A stretch of 64,000 nucleotides of DNA, taken from NCBI RefSeq assembly GCF_001194135.2, contig NC_068988.1, positions 54,320,257-54,384,256 of the forward strand, given 5' to 3'. Source of the DNA: Octopus bimaculoides (lineage: Eukaryota). Positions within the stretch are counted from its first letter, which is position 1. Each line of letters begins with the position of its first letter. The notes below the pieces were generated by a model. The model was given only the letters and a program-made list of their open reading frames with translations. It did no database searches and was not told the origin of the DNA. A program made the position numbers and the translations under genes. Below, piece by piece: positions 37,290 through 49,597 of the stretch.

Positions 37290-37740
37290 TTATTGCCATA
37301 CTTCTGGACAGGGTATCACTCTGAAGGACCTTTTTGCAGAAGTTGCAGTTATGTAGATCTAAGCTTAGATCAATTCTAAGTCTTCACAATTTCAAGACCT
37401 TGTCCAAGGCATTCACTAAAAATCCTACTTTCATTTTTGACTTCAGGAAACTTGCCGAATTTATGGGTATACACACCAAACTTAATCATTGTAATGTTGT
37501 TACATCTTTCAAATTCCTTCTTACATTCTATCAGAGCCTCTGTTCAGTTTTGTGTTTCCATTCAATATTTTGATTGTCTTTTCTGTTATCACATCATAGC
37601 CATGTTGACTGGAGTCAAGCTGGCAATAAACACTGAGCTGATCTTTTCATCTTATACAAGATTCTAAAGAGAACTCTTTCCAATCTTCTGACACTGTTGG
37701 TACTTTGTTTTTTCATCTCTGAGTTTTGTTATTTCAAGCT
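37290..37740 (-). pseudogene. Possible ancient hAT transposase C-terminal relic
   Basis: The minus strand contains *IYITATSAKRSFR, resembling the hAT dimerisation motif (RIYLT..TTASAERSFS). The frame has multiple stops. Confidence 0.3.
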
Positions 37741-38074
37741 ATTTATATTTTCTTCTCTGGAACTCCTACAACAGGCTGTTGCTGCTCAGTATAATACTTT
37801 GGGTATTAAAGCAATATTTGCAAGGGAATGAGATACATTCATTGACATAACAGACACATCATTATATTACTGGTACTTAATTGGTCCAGTAATGGTAAAA
37901 AGTAACATAAAGTGATACTTAAGCAGTCAATAATAGAAGAGTGAATTAAATAACATAGAAACATGACTACAGAAAAGAGAAGATCAAAGAAGAATTCCTT
38001 AATTTATGCTGTCTACTCAAAATGTAAAAAGTTGGAAGAAATATCATTTCTACTATTGACACAAGGCTTGATAT

Positions 38075-38230
38075 TCTGGGAAGGGATCTCATCGATTACA
38101 TCAATTAGTTCTTGTTATATAGACCCTGAAAGGATGAAACACTAGTTGACCTTGACAGGATTTAAAGTCAGAACATAAAGCTGCTAAGCATTTTGTCTTG
38201 TGTATTAACAATCCTGATAACTCACCCTCT
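38075..38230 (-). mobile_element. SINE B fragment
   Basis: atagaccctgaaaggatgaaacactagttgaccttgacaggatttaaagtcagaac. Confidence 0.6.
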
Positions 38231-38974
38231 TAAGGGCTGGAAGAAATTTTGCATAGCATTCTTATCATTTAGCATGAGTAAAAAGTAGTGGAACTGGATT
38301 TTGTATGGCCATTATTTTTTGTTGGTTGTTTGTTTCAGGTTATATTTTTCATCTGCAATGTTTTTATAATCTGAAATTAAAAAAATTTTTTTTTTTTTTT
38401 TTTTTTTTNNNNNNNNNNTTTTTTTTTTTTTTTTTTCTTTTTGATGTAACTACCTTGAATGAAATTAACTGACATTATTTTCAGAGATGGGCACAAGTCC
38501 CAAATGAATTCAAGGACTCATTATCTTATGAGACAGTAGTGCTAATGTTACTAATAATTGTTTGTTTCAATAACTAAAGTGGAGCTGTTCTTATTGCAAG
38601 ATGAACATAATCTTTAATAAAAATGCTTGGTAAATATAAAGAAAATGTTTTATATAGAACTGCAATACTAAGATTTTCTTCCATTTTGACAGATTATCTA
38701 AAAATAACGTTTTAAATGTAAAAAAAAAAATTATATAATTCTAATTTTTTTTAATTATTAATTAATTATATATATTTTTTATCTATTTCAGGTAAGTACA
38801 CATGTTATTCAAGTATCAGGGTAAGATTATAAAACTTTTCCCTTCATATCAACACAGAAATTTATTTGCTATGACTCAAAATTTCCTGTAAATCATTAAG
38901 GTTGGATTCTCTCTCATTCACACAAGAAACCCTTCATTGTACAATTTTATATATATGCATTATGGGTGTGTGCG

Positions 38975-39017
<43 letters not shown>

Positions 39018-39099
39018 CTTTGTTGAAAAAAATTAAAGAATGAAAACTTTCTCATCAGTAAAGTCAAAAGCCAGAAATATTAATCTTCTCAATCGAATT

Positions 39100-39359
39100 C
39101 AATGGTTCTCAACCAGGGTCTATATGATCCTTAGGGGTCGACATAAGATTTTGTTTGTTAAAATTTTTGTGCAATAAATAGGTTATACTTCTACAATACA
39201 CTAAATATCTTAATGATTTTTTTTAATGCAATTCCTAATAATATTTAATTCTAAAAATATAAAGGGATTTTTTTAAACATTGAATTGCTATAAGGGTCCA
39301 CCCAAGTGAAATAGGAATCAAAGGGGTTCATAGGTAAAGAAAATGGTTGAGACCCACTG
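39100..39359. mobile_element. hAT (Charlie-like) MITE
   Basis: TIRs caatggttctcaacc / ggttgagacccactg; 8-bp flanks atcgaatt / atctaata (6/8 identical, resembling NTCTAGAN). Confidence 0.75.
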
Positions 39360-40404
39360 ATCTAATAGATTGATGCAAGTGAGGTGATTGTTGGTATGGA
39401 CATGTGGTATGAGTGGATAATGAATGTAGGGTACAAAAAAGGTTTCCATTATTTGTTGATAGGGAGAGATGTTTGTGGTTAAGGAAAACTAAGAGAGAAG
39501 TGATGAGATGAAATCTCAATAAATTAGCCTCACAGAAAAGATGACAGAAGTCTGAAGCAAAATTAATGATTATTAATGACCCATGCCATATTTATGACCA
39601 ACACTACATCTATGACAATTGTCATCTAGAAGATTTATATTAACCATTCCAAAACACACAAAAACTGTTACCTTCACTTCAAAATTTATTATTTGATGTC
39701 AGAACTTACATTATGACAACTACAACCTGATCACTTTTACGGCTCTACTGCAACTGGTTTGAGGTGAAGCTGTTGGTCAGTTTGTCTAGGCTTCAGGGCT
39801 GACTGACCTACATGAATAAAAAAATTATATTTATAACCCTGGAGCCAAGATATACAGAACAACAGCCTTGTAATGGAGCTGTGTCGGTGACCAGGTTACA
39901 ATTGATGCAACGAAAATTTTGACACCAAATAATAAATGTTTAAGTGAAGTTCACAGGTTGTGTGTTATTGGATAGCTAATATATGTCTTCCATCCATGCA
40001 GTAATTGCTTTAGTTTCAACACATGGTCTCAAATCAAATCACTAACTAGACAAGTACATCTCTCAAACTACATCAGTGACATATACAACATTCATTTAGT
40101 TACTATAGTTTATTATTTTAGGAGAAATTGGTTTCTCTGATCCATCGTTAATGAAATTGTGGATATAATACTTGTCAGAAGGAATCCCAGTAGCAGACAT
40201 CTAATGTGTTAGCACTTACTTTATTACATATACTTGATTTAACCCTGTGATATTTACAATAAAAGTATTTCTTCAGGATCTGTTTTGGAAATTATTTTAG
40301 TGTGTCAGGTTTTCTAGTTTCATCAAGAAACAGATATTGATGATACCCACCATTCTAAGCTGCTTGATGGTGTGGGTCATGTAAATTTATTGGATTTACC
40401 ATCA

Positions 40405-40655
40405 CTAGTTAACGGCAGCAATTTTAGCAGAGTTGTTAGAGCATTAGATAGAACAGCTCACAGTGTTTGTTCTGAAACTTTGCAAACTGAATTCAAACCC
40501 CACTAAGGTCAAATTTGTTTTTCATCCTTTCAAGGTCAATAAAAAAAGAACCAATCCAAGAAGACACTTGCCCAAAGTACCATACAGTGGGGCTGAACCC
40601 AAAACCACATGGCTTGAAAGCAAGCTTCTTAACCACACAACCATGCCTGCACCTC
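40405..40655. mobile_element. SINE B (+, about 40405-40550) abutting a SINE A head (-, about 40555-40655)
   Basis: B core tttgtttttcatcctttcaaggtcaataaaa; A head reverse complement gaagacacttgcccaaag...aagcttcttaaccacacaaccatgcctgcac. Confidence 0.65.
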
Positions 40656-41516
40656 TATATACGTACATATGCAAGAGGTATATTAATGGTGGTAGACTTA
40701 ATCTGAAGAGCAGCAGCTGATTCTTTTGGAGTCCTTTAGTAGCTTTTCTGTCACATTCCTCATTCCTAAGAAAATTCAGTATTGCAGCTCATAAGTCATA
40801 GTTTCTTCTTTCCTTCTCAACGCCCAGCTCCACTCCCACCTTCACCTTACCCCAGTCTCAGACTCCTTCTCAATGTCATAAATGCTGCACTTCTTCCTCT
40901 GACTAAGCTATGAAAGAATTAGGTAAAAAAAAATAAATAAATAAAGGTGCAAAATACGAAGCTGACGTTTTTTTTTTTTAGACGTTATGCAAATCTTCAT
41001 AAAAGACAGATCTAGATTTTACAAATGATTGGGTGTATAGTGAGGTATAGAGAGAGAGAGAGAGCTATTCTGAGGCAGACATAATGATGGTAGTTGTGGT
41101 GGTGGTGACAATAATGGGGGCAATTGCCCCACCAGTAGCATAGACATCACCATCATCGTCATGATCATTTTTCTAGTCACTACTAATGAAAGAGCTTCAA
41201 ACATGTTAACTTGACCAGGTAAAAATAGTAGCCAAATCTTTCTCAAATCACATCGCGTTAATAAAGAAAAGATACATTGAAGAATGTAGTTGTTAATACA
41301 CTTTGCCTGAAGAAGAAAGAGGACAGTCAAATACCACTGGACTTCCTCTCTCTCACCCTTATGTGAGTCTTTACTGGCTTCAACTGCTTTCACCATTGGC
41401 CATCTCATGCTATCCACCACTTGCTTTTTGTCATGCTATCACTCAACTTTATTGCTACCCTTTCACACTGTTTCATACTGTTAACAATCATACTATTAAA
41501 CAGTTAACTATCCCTT

Positions 41517-41558
<42 letters not shown>

Positions 41559-41714
41559 ATTACTCTTACCCTTTCCAACTTCTCACTCCTCTCACTCAAT
41601 TTTTCCCCTGTCACACTCATACTATTTCTTTTCTCTTTCCCTCAGTCATTATTCCTTCTTCTGTTCACCTCATCTATCATGTTTGCCTTGAAAGAACTGA
41701 GTCATCGTACAGCA

Positions 41715-41900
41715 GAGAGGACTCTCAACACTACAATGTCTCCAGTGCTAGTGCTATAGTAAAAGACATTTGTTGCATTCTGTAAAATAGTTGATATTTG
41801 AAAAAGCATCCAGCCATAGAAACCGTAGCATAAATGGAATACATGAGTGAGACATGGTACTCTGATCAGTCCAGGAGGGAGGTAACTCTGATGACTTTGT
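41715..41900 (+). mobile_element. Degraded E/A'-type tail
   Basis: aaaagcatccagccatagaaacc...actcatccaac. Confidence 0.45.
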
Positions 41901-42129
41901 GACAACTCATCCAACTTATATCTACTTTGAAAGTAAGCATATGATGAGAATGATAAATGTTCTTTATAATGAAAAAAATAGAAAAACATAGCAAAAGGTG
42001 TAGAATAAACTGTAAGTTTCTTTAAGTTTCATGAATGCTTGGTTATCAGATATCAAAGTATGATTATAATGAAAAATATGTTTTCTTTCTGTTGTATCTT
42101 GGGAGGGTCATTATGCTAATAATAAACAC

Positions 42130-42731
42130 ACACTGGTTCTATTTTTCATCACCAGTCACCAGTCTGTCCCAAAAGGGTGAGATAGATTCACAAGAATGAA
42201 GAGAAGAGTAGATGTCCACTCAAGATTTTCAACTGGCTTTAGACAAATCATGAGGCAGGTCCCTAGTTTTGAGACCTTTCCAAGCTGCTGAAGATGGTGG
42301 TGAATAGTTGTGTGGCTTGAACAAAGCTTGCTTGCCACTTCTTCAACTGAAACTGCATGATCTTTTTCAAGTTCTGCCAAAAGGAGCTTGTCATCAAATT
42401 CAATTGGAAGTCCTATTTGGGCCTCATCTTTAAGTCTGAAATCTCCACTTCTGATTTGTACGAACCATTGTCTGCAAGTTATTTCATTCAGACACTCGGA
42501 CTTCCCTTTTTTTAAACTCATAAAGCATTATGTGCCTCAAATGCTCCTTAGACACTTTGAAGAGCTAAAACTAGGGAAATTTCAATTAGATTATCCTGCA
42601 AAACAAAATTTAATCAGTTTAAATATGTCCAAATACATAAATATTGCTTGATGCCATTACACATTCTAAAATACTGTTAAAGCATTTACAAATTGAAAAT
42701 ATTGAAGTCCAGACATTACACATGGGATGAC

Positions 42732-42735
<4 letters not shown>
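42130..42735 (-). pseudogene. Mariner transposase 5' half with left TIR (degraded)
   Basis: ORF 42156-42521 has CRQWFVQIRSGDFRLKDEAQIGLPIEFDDKLL...SHTTIHHHLQQLGKVSKLG (mariner HTH region). A shifted frame gives PFWDRLVTGDEK* (first catalytic D). TA followed by tcaggtcatcccatgtgtaatg reads inward from 42737. Confidence 0.85.
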
Positions 42736-42764
<29 letters not shown>

Positions 42765-42780
42765 NNNNNNNNNNATATAT

Positions 42781-42818
<38 letters not shown>

Positions 42819-43495
42819 CATCATTCATCATCATCATCATCATCATCTAACATCCACTTTTTCATTAAAATGATACTGATACATGCACTCACACACACTT
42901 TCTCTCACATACACACACTCATACATGTATGTATACACACATACACACCTTTATGCTAAACTGGTGCTAAACTCTGAGTAATGAATATACCACCTAATGA
43001 CAGCAAAGTCTATTACTCTACATCATATATATGATACAAACTTACAAATATATATGTGCGTGTATATATATATATGTGGGAAAATAGAGTGACAGGCAGA
43101 CAGACATATTTAGGCGCAAATGTAGAATGTAGAATAAGACAGGTAGAAATATATAGGTAGAAAGATAAAGGTGAAGGTTAATTGTCTGGAAAACTCCTAT
43201 CGTGTTAGCTCCAGCAATTTCTGCTTCAGCTGATCTATAGAGCCGCAGTCAAAGATCAAATATTTAAAAGCTATGTCTTTAAACTCAGATATTTCGAAGA
43301 AATCCATCATAATATTTACCATGCAAAGTTGATTGTAGATTTACATTATAAAATCATTTTGTAGATTGTAATGGTAAATAGTCATTTGTCTTTTTTTTAA
43401 TAAATTAGTGAAATAAATACCTTAATTAAGATATTTAAGATACATTTAAAATAATTAATTGGGGATTAAATTAATTAATGACCACACCAGTAGTT

Positions 43496-43544
<49 letters not shown>

Positions 43545-44060
43545 TGTCTGTCTGTCTGCATGCTTGTATGTATGTATGTATGTATGTATGTATCTATATA
43601 CATGTGTATATGTGTATATAGGGGAGAGAATGCATGTGTGTATATATACACAAAAAAAAATATAGCCTGATCATTGTTTTGTCCACAATCATGCATATGT
43701 ATGTATGTATGTATATATATATATATATATATATATNNNNNNNNNNNNNNNNNNNNNNNNNNNNNNNNNNNNNNNNNNNNNNNNNNNNNNNNNNNNNNNN
43801 NNNNNNNNNNNNNNNNNNNNNNNNNNNNNNNNNNNNNNNNNNNNNNNNNNNNNNAATGTATGTACATATACATGTGCATGAGTACATGGAAAGAGAGGTG
43901 TATTTGAAAGTATAGGTTAGGACATATGTACACACACAAACACATACATATACACAGGTGTGTGTATATATGAAAATGTGTAGATATCTATGTATGTATT
44001 TATGTGTTCGTGTGTATATATACTTTTTTATAAGAACATATGTGGAGTGTGTATCGCCCA

Positions 44061-44100
<40 letters not shown>

Positions 44101-44117
44101 CATATATATATATATCT

Positions 44118-44522
44118 TGTATCTTGACCTTTTACTTGTTCCAGTCATTAGACTGTGGCCATGCTGGGGCACTGCTTTGAACAAATTTTAGTTGAATGTA
44201 TTGACCCCAGTACATTTTTTTTAAAGCCTGGCACTTATTCTATCGGACTCTTTTGCTGAACTTCTAAGTTATAGGGACATAATTACACCAGCACCAGTTG
44301 TCAAGCGATGGTGGGGGATAAAGACAGATACAAAGACACACAGACATAAATATACATACATATATGATAGGCTTCCTTCAGTTTCCAAATCCACTCACAA
44401 GGCTTTGGTTGGCCCAAAGTTACAGTAAAAGACACTTGCCCAAGGTGCCACGCAGTGGAACTGAATCCAGAACCATGTGGTTGGGGAGCAAGCTTCTGAC
44501 TACAGAATCATGCCTGCGCCTC
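44118..44522 (-). mobile_element. Full-length SINE A
   Basis: Reverse complement is collinear with family A. Confidence 0.85.
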
Positions 44523-44594
44523 TATACATGTGTGTGTGTGTGTGTGTGTGCTTACTCACACACAAACACACATATATGTGCAAGCATGTACATA

Positions 44595-44802
44595 CAAGGG
44601 GGTGCTGAAAAGTTCCTGGCTTTGGGTAAAAGAAAATACAGGAGAATCAGTTAACTATGAGTTTATTCAAAATATTCCCCTCTCAGATACACCCACTTAT
44701 TGCAGCGGTCTTTCAGTTTTTCTGAGGCCTGTAAATAACTTGGTCAGTTGAACCTTCAATCAGGTCTTCCACGATGCCCTTAAAACCAGGAACCCCTTCA
44801 TG
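44595..44802. mobile_element. Tc1/mariner-type MITE
   Basis: TA flanks (44593-44594, 44803-44804); left end caagggggtgctgaaaagttcctggcttt; the right end reverse complement catgaagggg-ttcctggtttt is the same TIR with an internal deletion. Confidence 0.65.
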
Positions 44803-44924
44803 TATATCATCGTTGTTGACAGGATCCGACAAGCCACAGAGCTAGCTCAGGTCCCAATGTCAGGTTTGGCATAGTTTCTAAGATCGGATGCTCTGCATGT
44901 TGCCATTCACATGTTATGAACATC

Positions 44925-45105
44925 ATCATCATCATCGTCATTATACATCTGCTTTCCATGTTGGCATGGACAGGGCAGTTCCACAGAATTTGACAGGTTG
45001 GTGGATCAGGCTTTGCTCAAACATGTGCTTTGGCATAGTTTCTATGCTGTGACACCCTTCCTAGCATCAAACACCTGACAGGGTCAACAGGGTACTGCCA
45101 GCAGT
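44925..45105 (-). mobile_element. E/A'-type tail
   Basis: catcatcatcgtcattatacatctgctttccatgttggcatgg...gacacccttcctagcatcaaacacc. Confidence 0.55.
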
Positions 45106-45400
45106 GTATTGGTTGTCATGCTCTTAGCAAGGCTAAGGAGCCTCCACAGCCATAGAAGAGAATGGAAGAGTGAGTGGTATATGTATCATTGTATTTGTTT
45201 TATGTATATGTGTGAGCATATGTATATGTGTCTGCATGTGTTTGTGTATGCAAATATTTTGTGCTTGTGTGTGTGTGCATGCATATGCGTGTGCATGTGC
45301 ATGTGTATGTGTATGTGTGTGTTTCTCTCTCTATATATATATATAATTATATTATATATGCATGTAGGTAGCTGTGTAGGTGTGTATGCATCTATGTGTA

Positions 45401-45431
<31 letters not shown>

Positions 45432-46063
45432 TGTGTGTGTGTATGTATGTGTGTGCATGCATTCACACACACATACACAAGTTCATTCGGAGTATTTACT
45501 AAGTGTTTTTGGATGGAATAAATATTAACACGAAATACTATCAACCAAATTCAGGTAAATGGAGTGGAATTGGAATGGAAACAATCAGACTAGCATTGAT
45601 TAGAAATGTTTCAGCTTCTGCTAAAAGAACAGACGTATCCAAAATAGACGCCTGACTCATCTGTAGGTCTAGCAGATATTCCGATATAGCATTGTCTGTT
45701 CTTTGAACGATGGCATTAGAAAGGTCATCAGACATATTTAATTAGTTTATCTTCTTTCATTTTCTATCTTGTCTGATAGCGTATGCTGTTAAATATTTAT
45801 ATACACATATATCTACGCACACATACGTTATATATATTATATATACATATAAATACACACATGTGCATGTGTATATAAATACTCATATATATGTTGTGTT
45901 TTGTATTGCTTGTGCCTAAAGATATAATTGGTGTATATTGTACGTGTTTATGTGTTGTGTGTAATATATCTATCATTTGGTTTGTGTTGCTTGTAATTAT
46001 ATCCTGTGGTTTATCCATATTTTGTATCACTCGTTTGTCTGAAGGTGAGAGCTGTATCAGAAA

Positions 46064-46123
<60 letters not shown>

Positions 46124-46134
46124 CATCATCATTG

Positions 46135-46375
46135 TAACATTCTCATTTATCATGTTTGCATGTGTCAGATGGAGTTTCTTGAGGTGTATGGGAAGGAGGT
46201 CTTTCTATAGCTGGATGCTCTTCCTGTCACCAACCCTCACCTGCTTCTAAATAAGGTAATATTTCTTGCATGACCAGACATGTTTTCACAGAAGATCGGA
46301 AAAGACACTGAATGCATGCTGGTGACACTTGTTTTCAACTAACATGTGAAATCAAGGCAAGGAAACAGTAAAACA
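46135..46375 (-). mobile_element. SINE A' body/tail
   Basis: tttctatagctggatgctcttcctgtcaccaaccctcacctgcttctaaataaggtaatatttc. Confidence 0.65.
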
Positions 46376-46784
46376 CACACATGAACATATACATACATAC
46401 ATACATACATACATACATACGTACATAAATTACATACATACATTACATACATAAATTACATACATACATACATAAATATATACATACATACATAAATACA
46501 TAAATACATACATACATACATACATACATACATACATACATACATGAGGAATTTATAGCTACTCTATCCAGATTACAAGTATAGGTTTATACCTGTAATT
46601 ATTGGGTACTGGGATATGTAACACACTGCCTAAGTGCTATTCTTGAGAAATTAGGCTTCTCAAAACCAGAAAGGAGAAAGCTAATTCAAAGACTACAGAT
46701 CCAAGCCATACATACATACATATATACATACATACATACATACATACATACATACATACATACATACATACACACACGATGCAC

Positions 46785-47168
46785 TCTTTTCCAGTTTCTG
46801 TCTATCAAATTCACTCACAAACTCACAAGTCATCGGTTGGTCCAAGGACATGGTAGAAGATACTTGCTCAAGATGTCACACTGTAGAACCAAACCTGAAG
46901 CCATGTGGTTAGGAAGCAAATTTCTTACCACACTGCCACACCTGCACCTTACAAACTTATGTAAGAGCCACATCTGCACACACACACATGTATGTGTGTG
47001 TAGTAAGAAATTTGCTTCCCAACTACATGGCTCCAGGTTCAGTCCCACTGCATGGCACCTTGGGCAAGTGTCTTTTACTATACCCTTGGGTCACCCAAAG
47101 CCTTGTGAGCAGATATGGTAGCTGGAAACTGAAGGGAGCTTATTGGATATATGAATATATTTACATAC

Positions 47169-47236
<68 letters not shown>

Positions 47237-47445
47237 CTTTGGTTCTGTGTTTTTCCCTCCACCACTGCTTTACAACTAGTGCTGTTTACATCCCTGCAAC
47301 TTAGCAGTTCAGAAAAAGAGACTGAAAGAGTAAGTACCGGGCTTAAAAACATGAAATTAAGTTTTGACATTGATTCATCCATCTAATATTTCTTGGTAGA
47401 CAGTGCCCCAGCATGGCCACAGTCTAGTGGCTGAAACAAGTGTTA
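46785..47445. mobile_element. Head-to-head pair: SINE A head (-, 46785-46948) and full SINE A (+, 46995-47445)
   Basis: gtggttaggaagcaaatttcttaccacac is nearly the reverse complement of gtgtagtaagaaatttgcttcccaactac. Confidence 0.8.
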
Positions 47446-47774
47446 AGGAGCTGAAATACTAACTACATACTCCTAAGTACATACCTTATATTTCTTGCAC
47501 TCTTATAGTTCTCAGCATCTGATTGATAAAGTATGCTTGAATGAGGAAAGAAACAAATGAATAAACAAAAGCATTTACTCCAATTTCATCGTTGAGTAGT
47601 TAACAGTCCTGATGACATCCAGGTGTGAAAACAAATGATTAAATCATCGTCAAGGCTAACATGCCAAAATTTATGTAAAAATAACATATGCATTCATAAC
47701 CATATAGATTTACATGTGTATACTTAGATATATCTGTGTGTGTGCATGTGTATACTCAGCAGTATCATCTTAAA

Positions 47775-48265
47775 CTGTTACAAAAGCAAAGGAAATGCCT
47801 TTAGAGAAAAGTTTCTTCTGTAGAGGATTCACACAACTGGACCAGGTTATGAGAGTTACAGAGAGAGTCGCAGCAGAATTGATCCATGACAGAGTGGACC
47901 AAGAGATGTACTTTCTGTTTGTGTCTAGAAAAGATACCGTGGACACAATTTTTCTTGTAAGGGAACTGCAGAAGAAATACTTGGTTAAGAGTCAACCACT
48001 AGCCCTTGCATTTATTTGTTCACTTGGATGAGACATTTGACAGGGTACCATGTTCAGTAATTTGGTGGTTACTAGGGAAACTAGGTATTGATGAATGACT
48101 TCTAAGGTGTGTTCAAGCCATATACAAAGATGCTATGAGTATAGTAAGAGTCAACAATGATTTCAGTGAGAAATTTAATATGGACATAGGAGTCTGTCAA
48201 GGTTCAATCTTCTCCTCTCCATCTTAGTTCTACAGGCTTTCACAAGGATGTTTAAGATTGGCTGA
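47775..48265 (+). pseudogene. Degraded RTE-clade reverse transcriptase fragment (same family as 63545-64000)
   Basis: YKSKGNALEK...LDQVMRVTERV...TVDTIFLVRELQKKYL...LALAF, then with frameshifts LGIDE*LLRCVQAIYKDAMSIVRVNNDFSEKFNMDIGVCQGS. Confidence 0.85.
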
Positions 48266-48359
48266 TAATGACAACAAAGCTCTGAGAACAACTTTCAGTA
48301 TGCACTTTTTAAGAGGAGCCAGCAATCTCCAAGAGATTCTGGAATTGTAATGTTTGTGA

Positions 48360-48577
48360 GTATCGCCTGACTGGCCCTCATGCCGGTGGCACGTAAAACA
48401 CCCACTACACTCTCGGAGTGGTTGGCATTAGGAAGGGCATCCAGCTGTAGAAACTCTGCCAAATCAGATTGGAGCCTGGTGTCGCCTCCTGGTCCACCAG
48501 TCCTCAGTCAAATCGTCCAACCCATGCTAGCATGGAAAGCGGATGTTAAACGATGATGGTGATGATGATGATGATAT
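48360..48577 (+). mobile_element. Family E (RTE 3' tail), well preserved
   Basis: atgccggtggcacgtaaaacacccactacactctcggagtggttggcattaggaagggcatccagctgtagaaactctgcc...gcatggaaagcggatgttaaacgatgat. Confidence 0.85.
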
Positions 48578-49255
48578 GCACAACTTCCCCCTCCTCTTTT
48601 TCTTCCCCTGTTCATTGTATCATTACTATATTATTACTGTTCTGCTGCTCTTCACCACCTACACCTTCCCTTTTTCTGAACTGTCGGTCATCTCCTCTCT
48701 TCTACTTGCCACCAATTCTTATATCAATTGTCACTCCTCAACACCCATCTCAACCCTATCTGATTTCTACATTTGTCACCTACTCTTCCTTCTTCCCTAC
48801 TTTCCCTGCTATCATCTCTTAATGATTGTTCTTCATAATATTCGCCCTCTCACCTCATCGCTATCTCTAACAACCTCTTACTCTTCCATACACTCTTGAA
48901 ACTTCTTCCCACCCACACTTTTGCTCATTTGTCTGTCCTCACCTCTACTCACTTTGAGAGTCTTAAGAGTTCACCTCACCATCTCATTATCATTATTTTT
49001 ATTTCTTTCTAGCTCCACCACAGTCACTTTCACTCACTCTTCTACACTGTGAGTTGCTGTGTAACCCCACTACAGCAAAAAAAACCCTGTTCTGTTCTGG
49101 TCTCTTCTCTCTCATTTTATCCCTCATCCTGGAGCACAAATTCCTCCACCCTCTCTCTCTCTCTCTCTCTATTGTAACCTCACTTAATCGAAAGGATATC
49201 TTAGTCTTGCAGACTGCTCACTAGTGCTGGTGCCATAAAAATATATATATACATA

Positions 49256-49307
<52 letters not shown>

Positions 49308-49379
49308 NNNNNNNNNNGTATGTATGTATGTATGTATGTATGTATGTATGTATGTATGTATGTATGTATGTATATATGT

Positions 49380-49597
49380 ATTATGTCCTTGTGTGTCTGT
49401 GTTTGTCCCCCATCATCACTTGACTACTGATGTTGGTGTGTTTATGTACCCATAACTTAGCAGTTCAGAAAAAGCGGTCGATAGAATAATTACTACGCTT
49501 ACAAAGAATAAATCCTGGGGTCGATTTGTTTGACTGAAGGCGGTACTCCAGCATGGCCACAGTCAAATGACTGAAACAAGTAAAAGAATAAAGGAAT
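49380..49597 (+). mobile_element. SINE A 3' half
   Basis: gtgtctgtgtttgtcccc...ctccagcatggccacagtcaaatgactgaaacaagtaaaagaataaag. Confidence 0.85.

Noticed and set aside
38485-38535. 51-nt plus-strand exon candidate (RWAQVPNEFKDSLSYET)
   Set aside because: The acceptor is good but the only donor (GTAGTG) is poor, and the peptide is not recognised.
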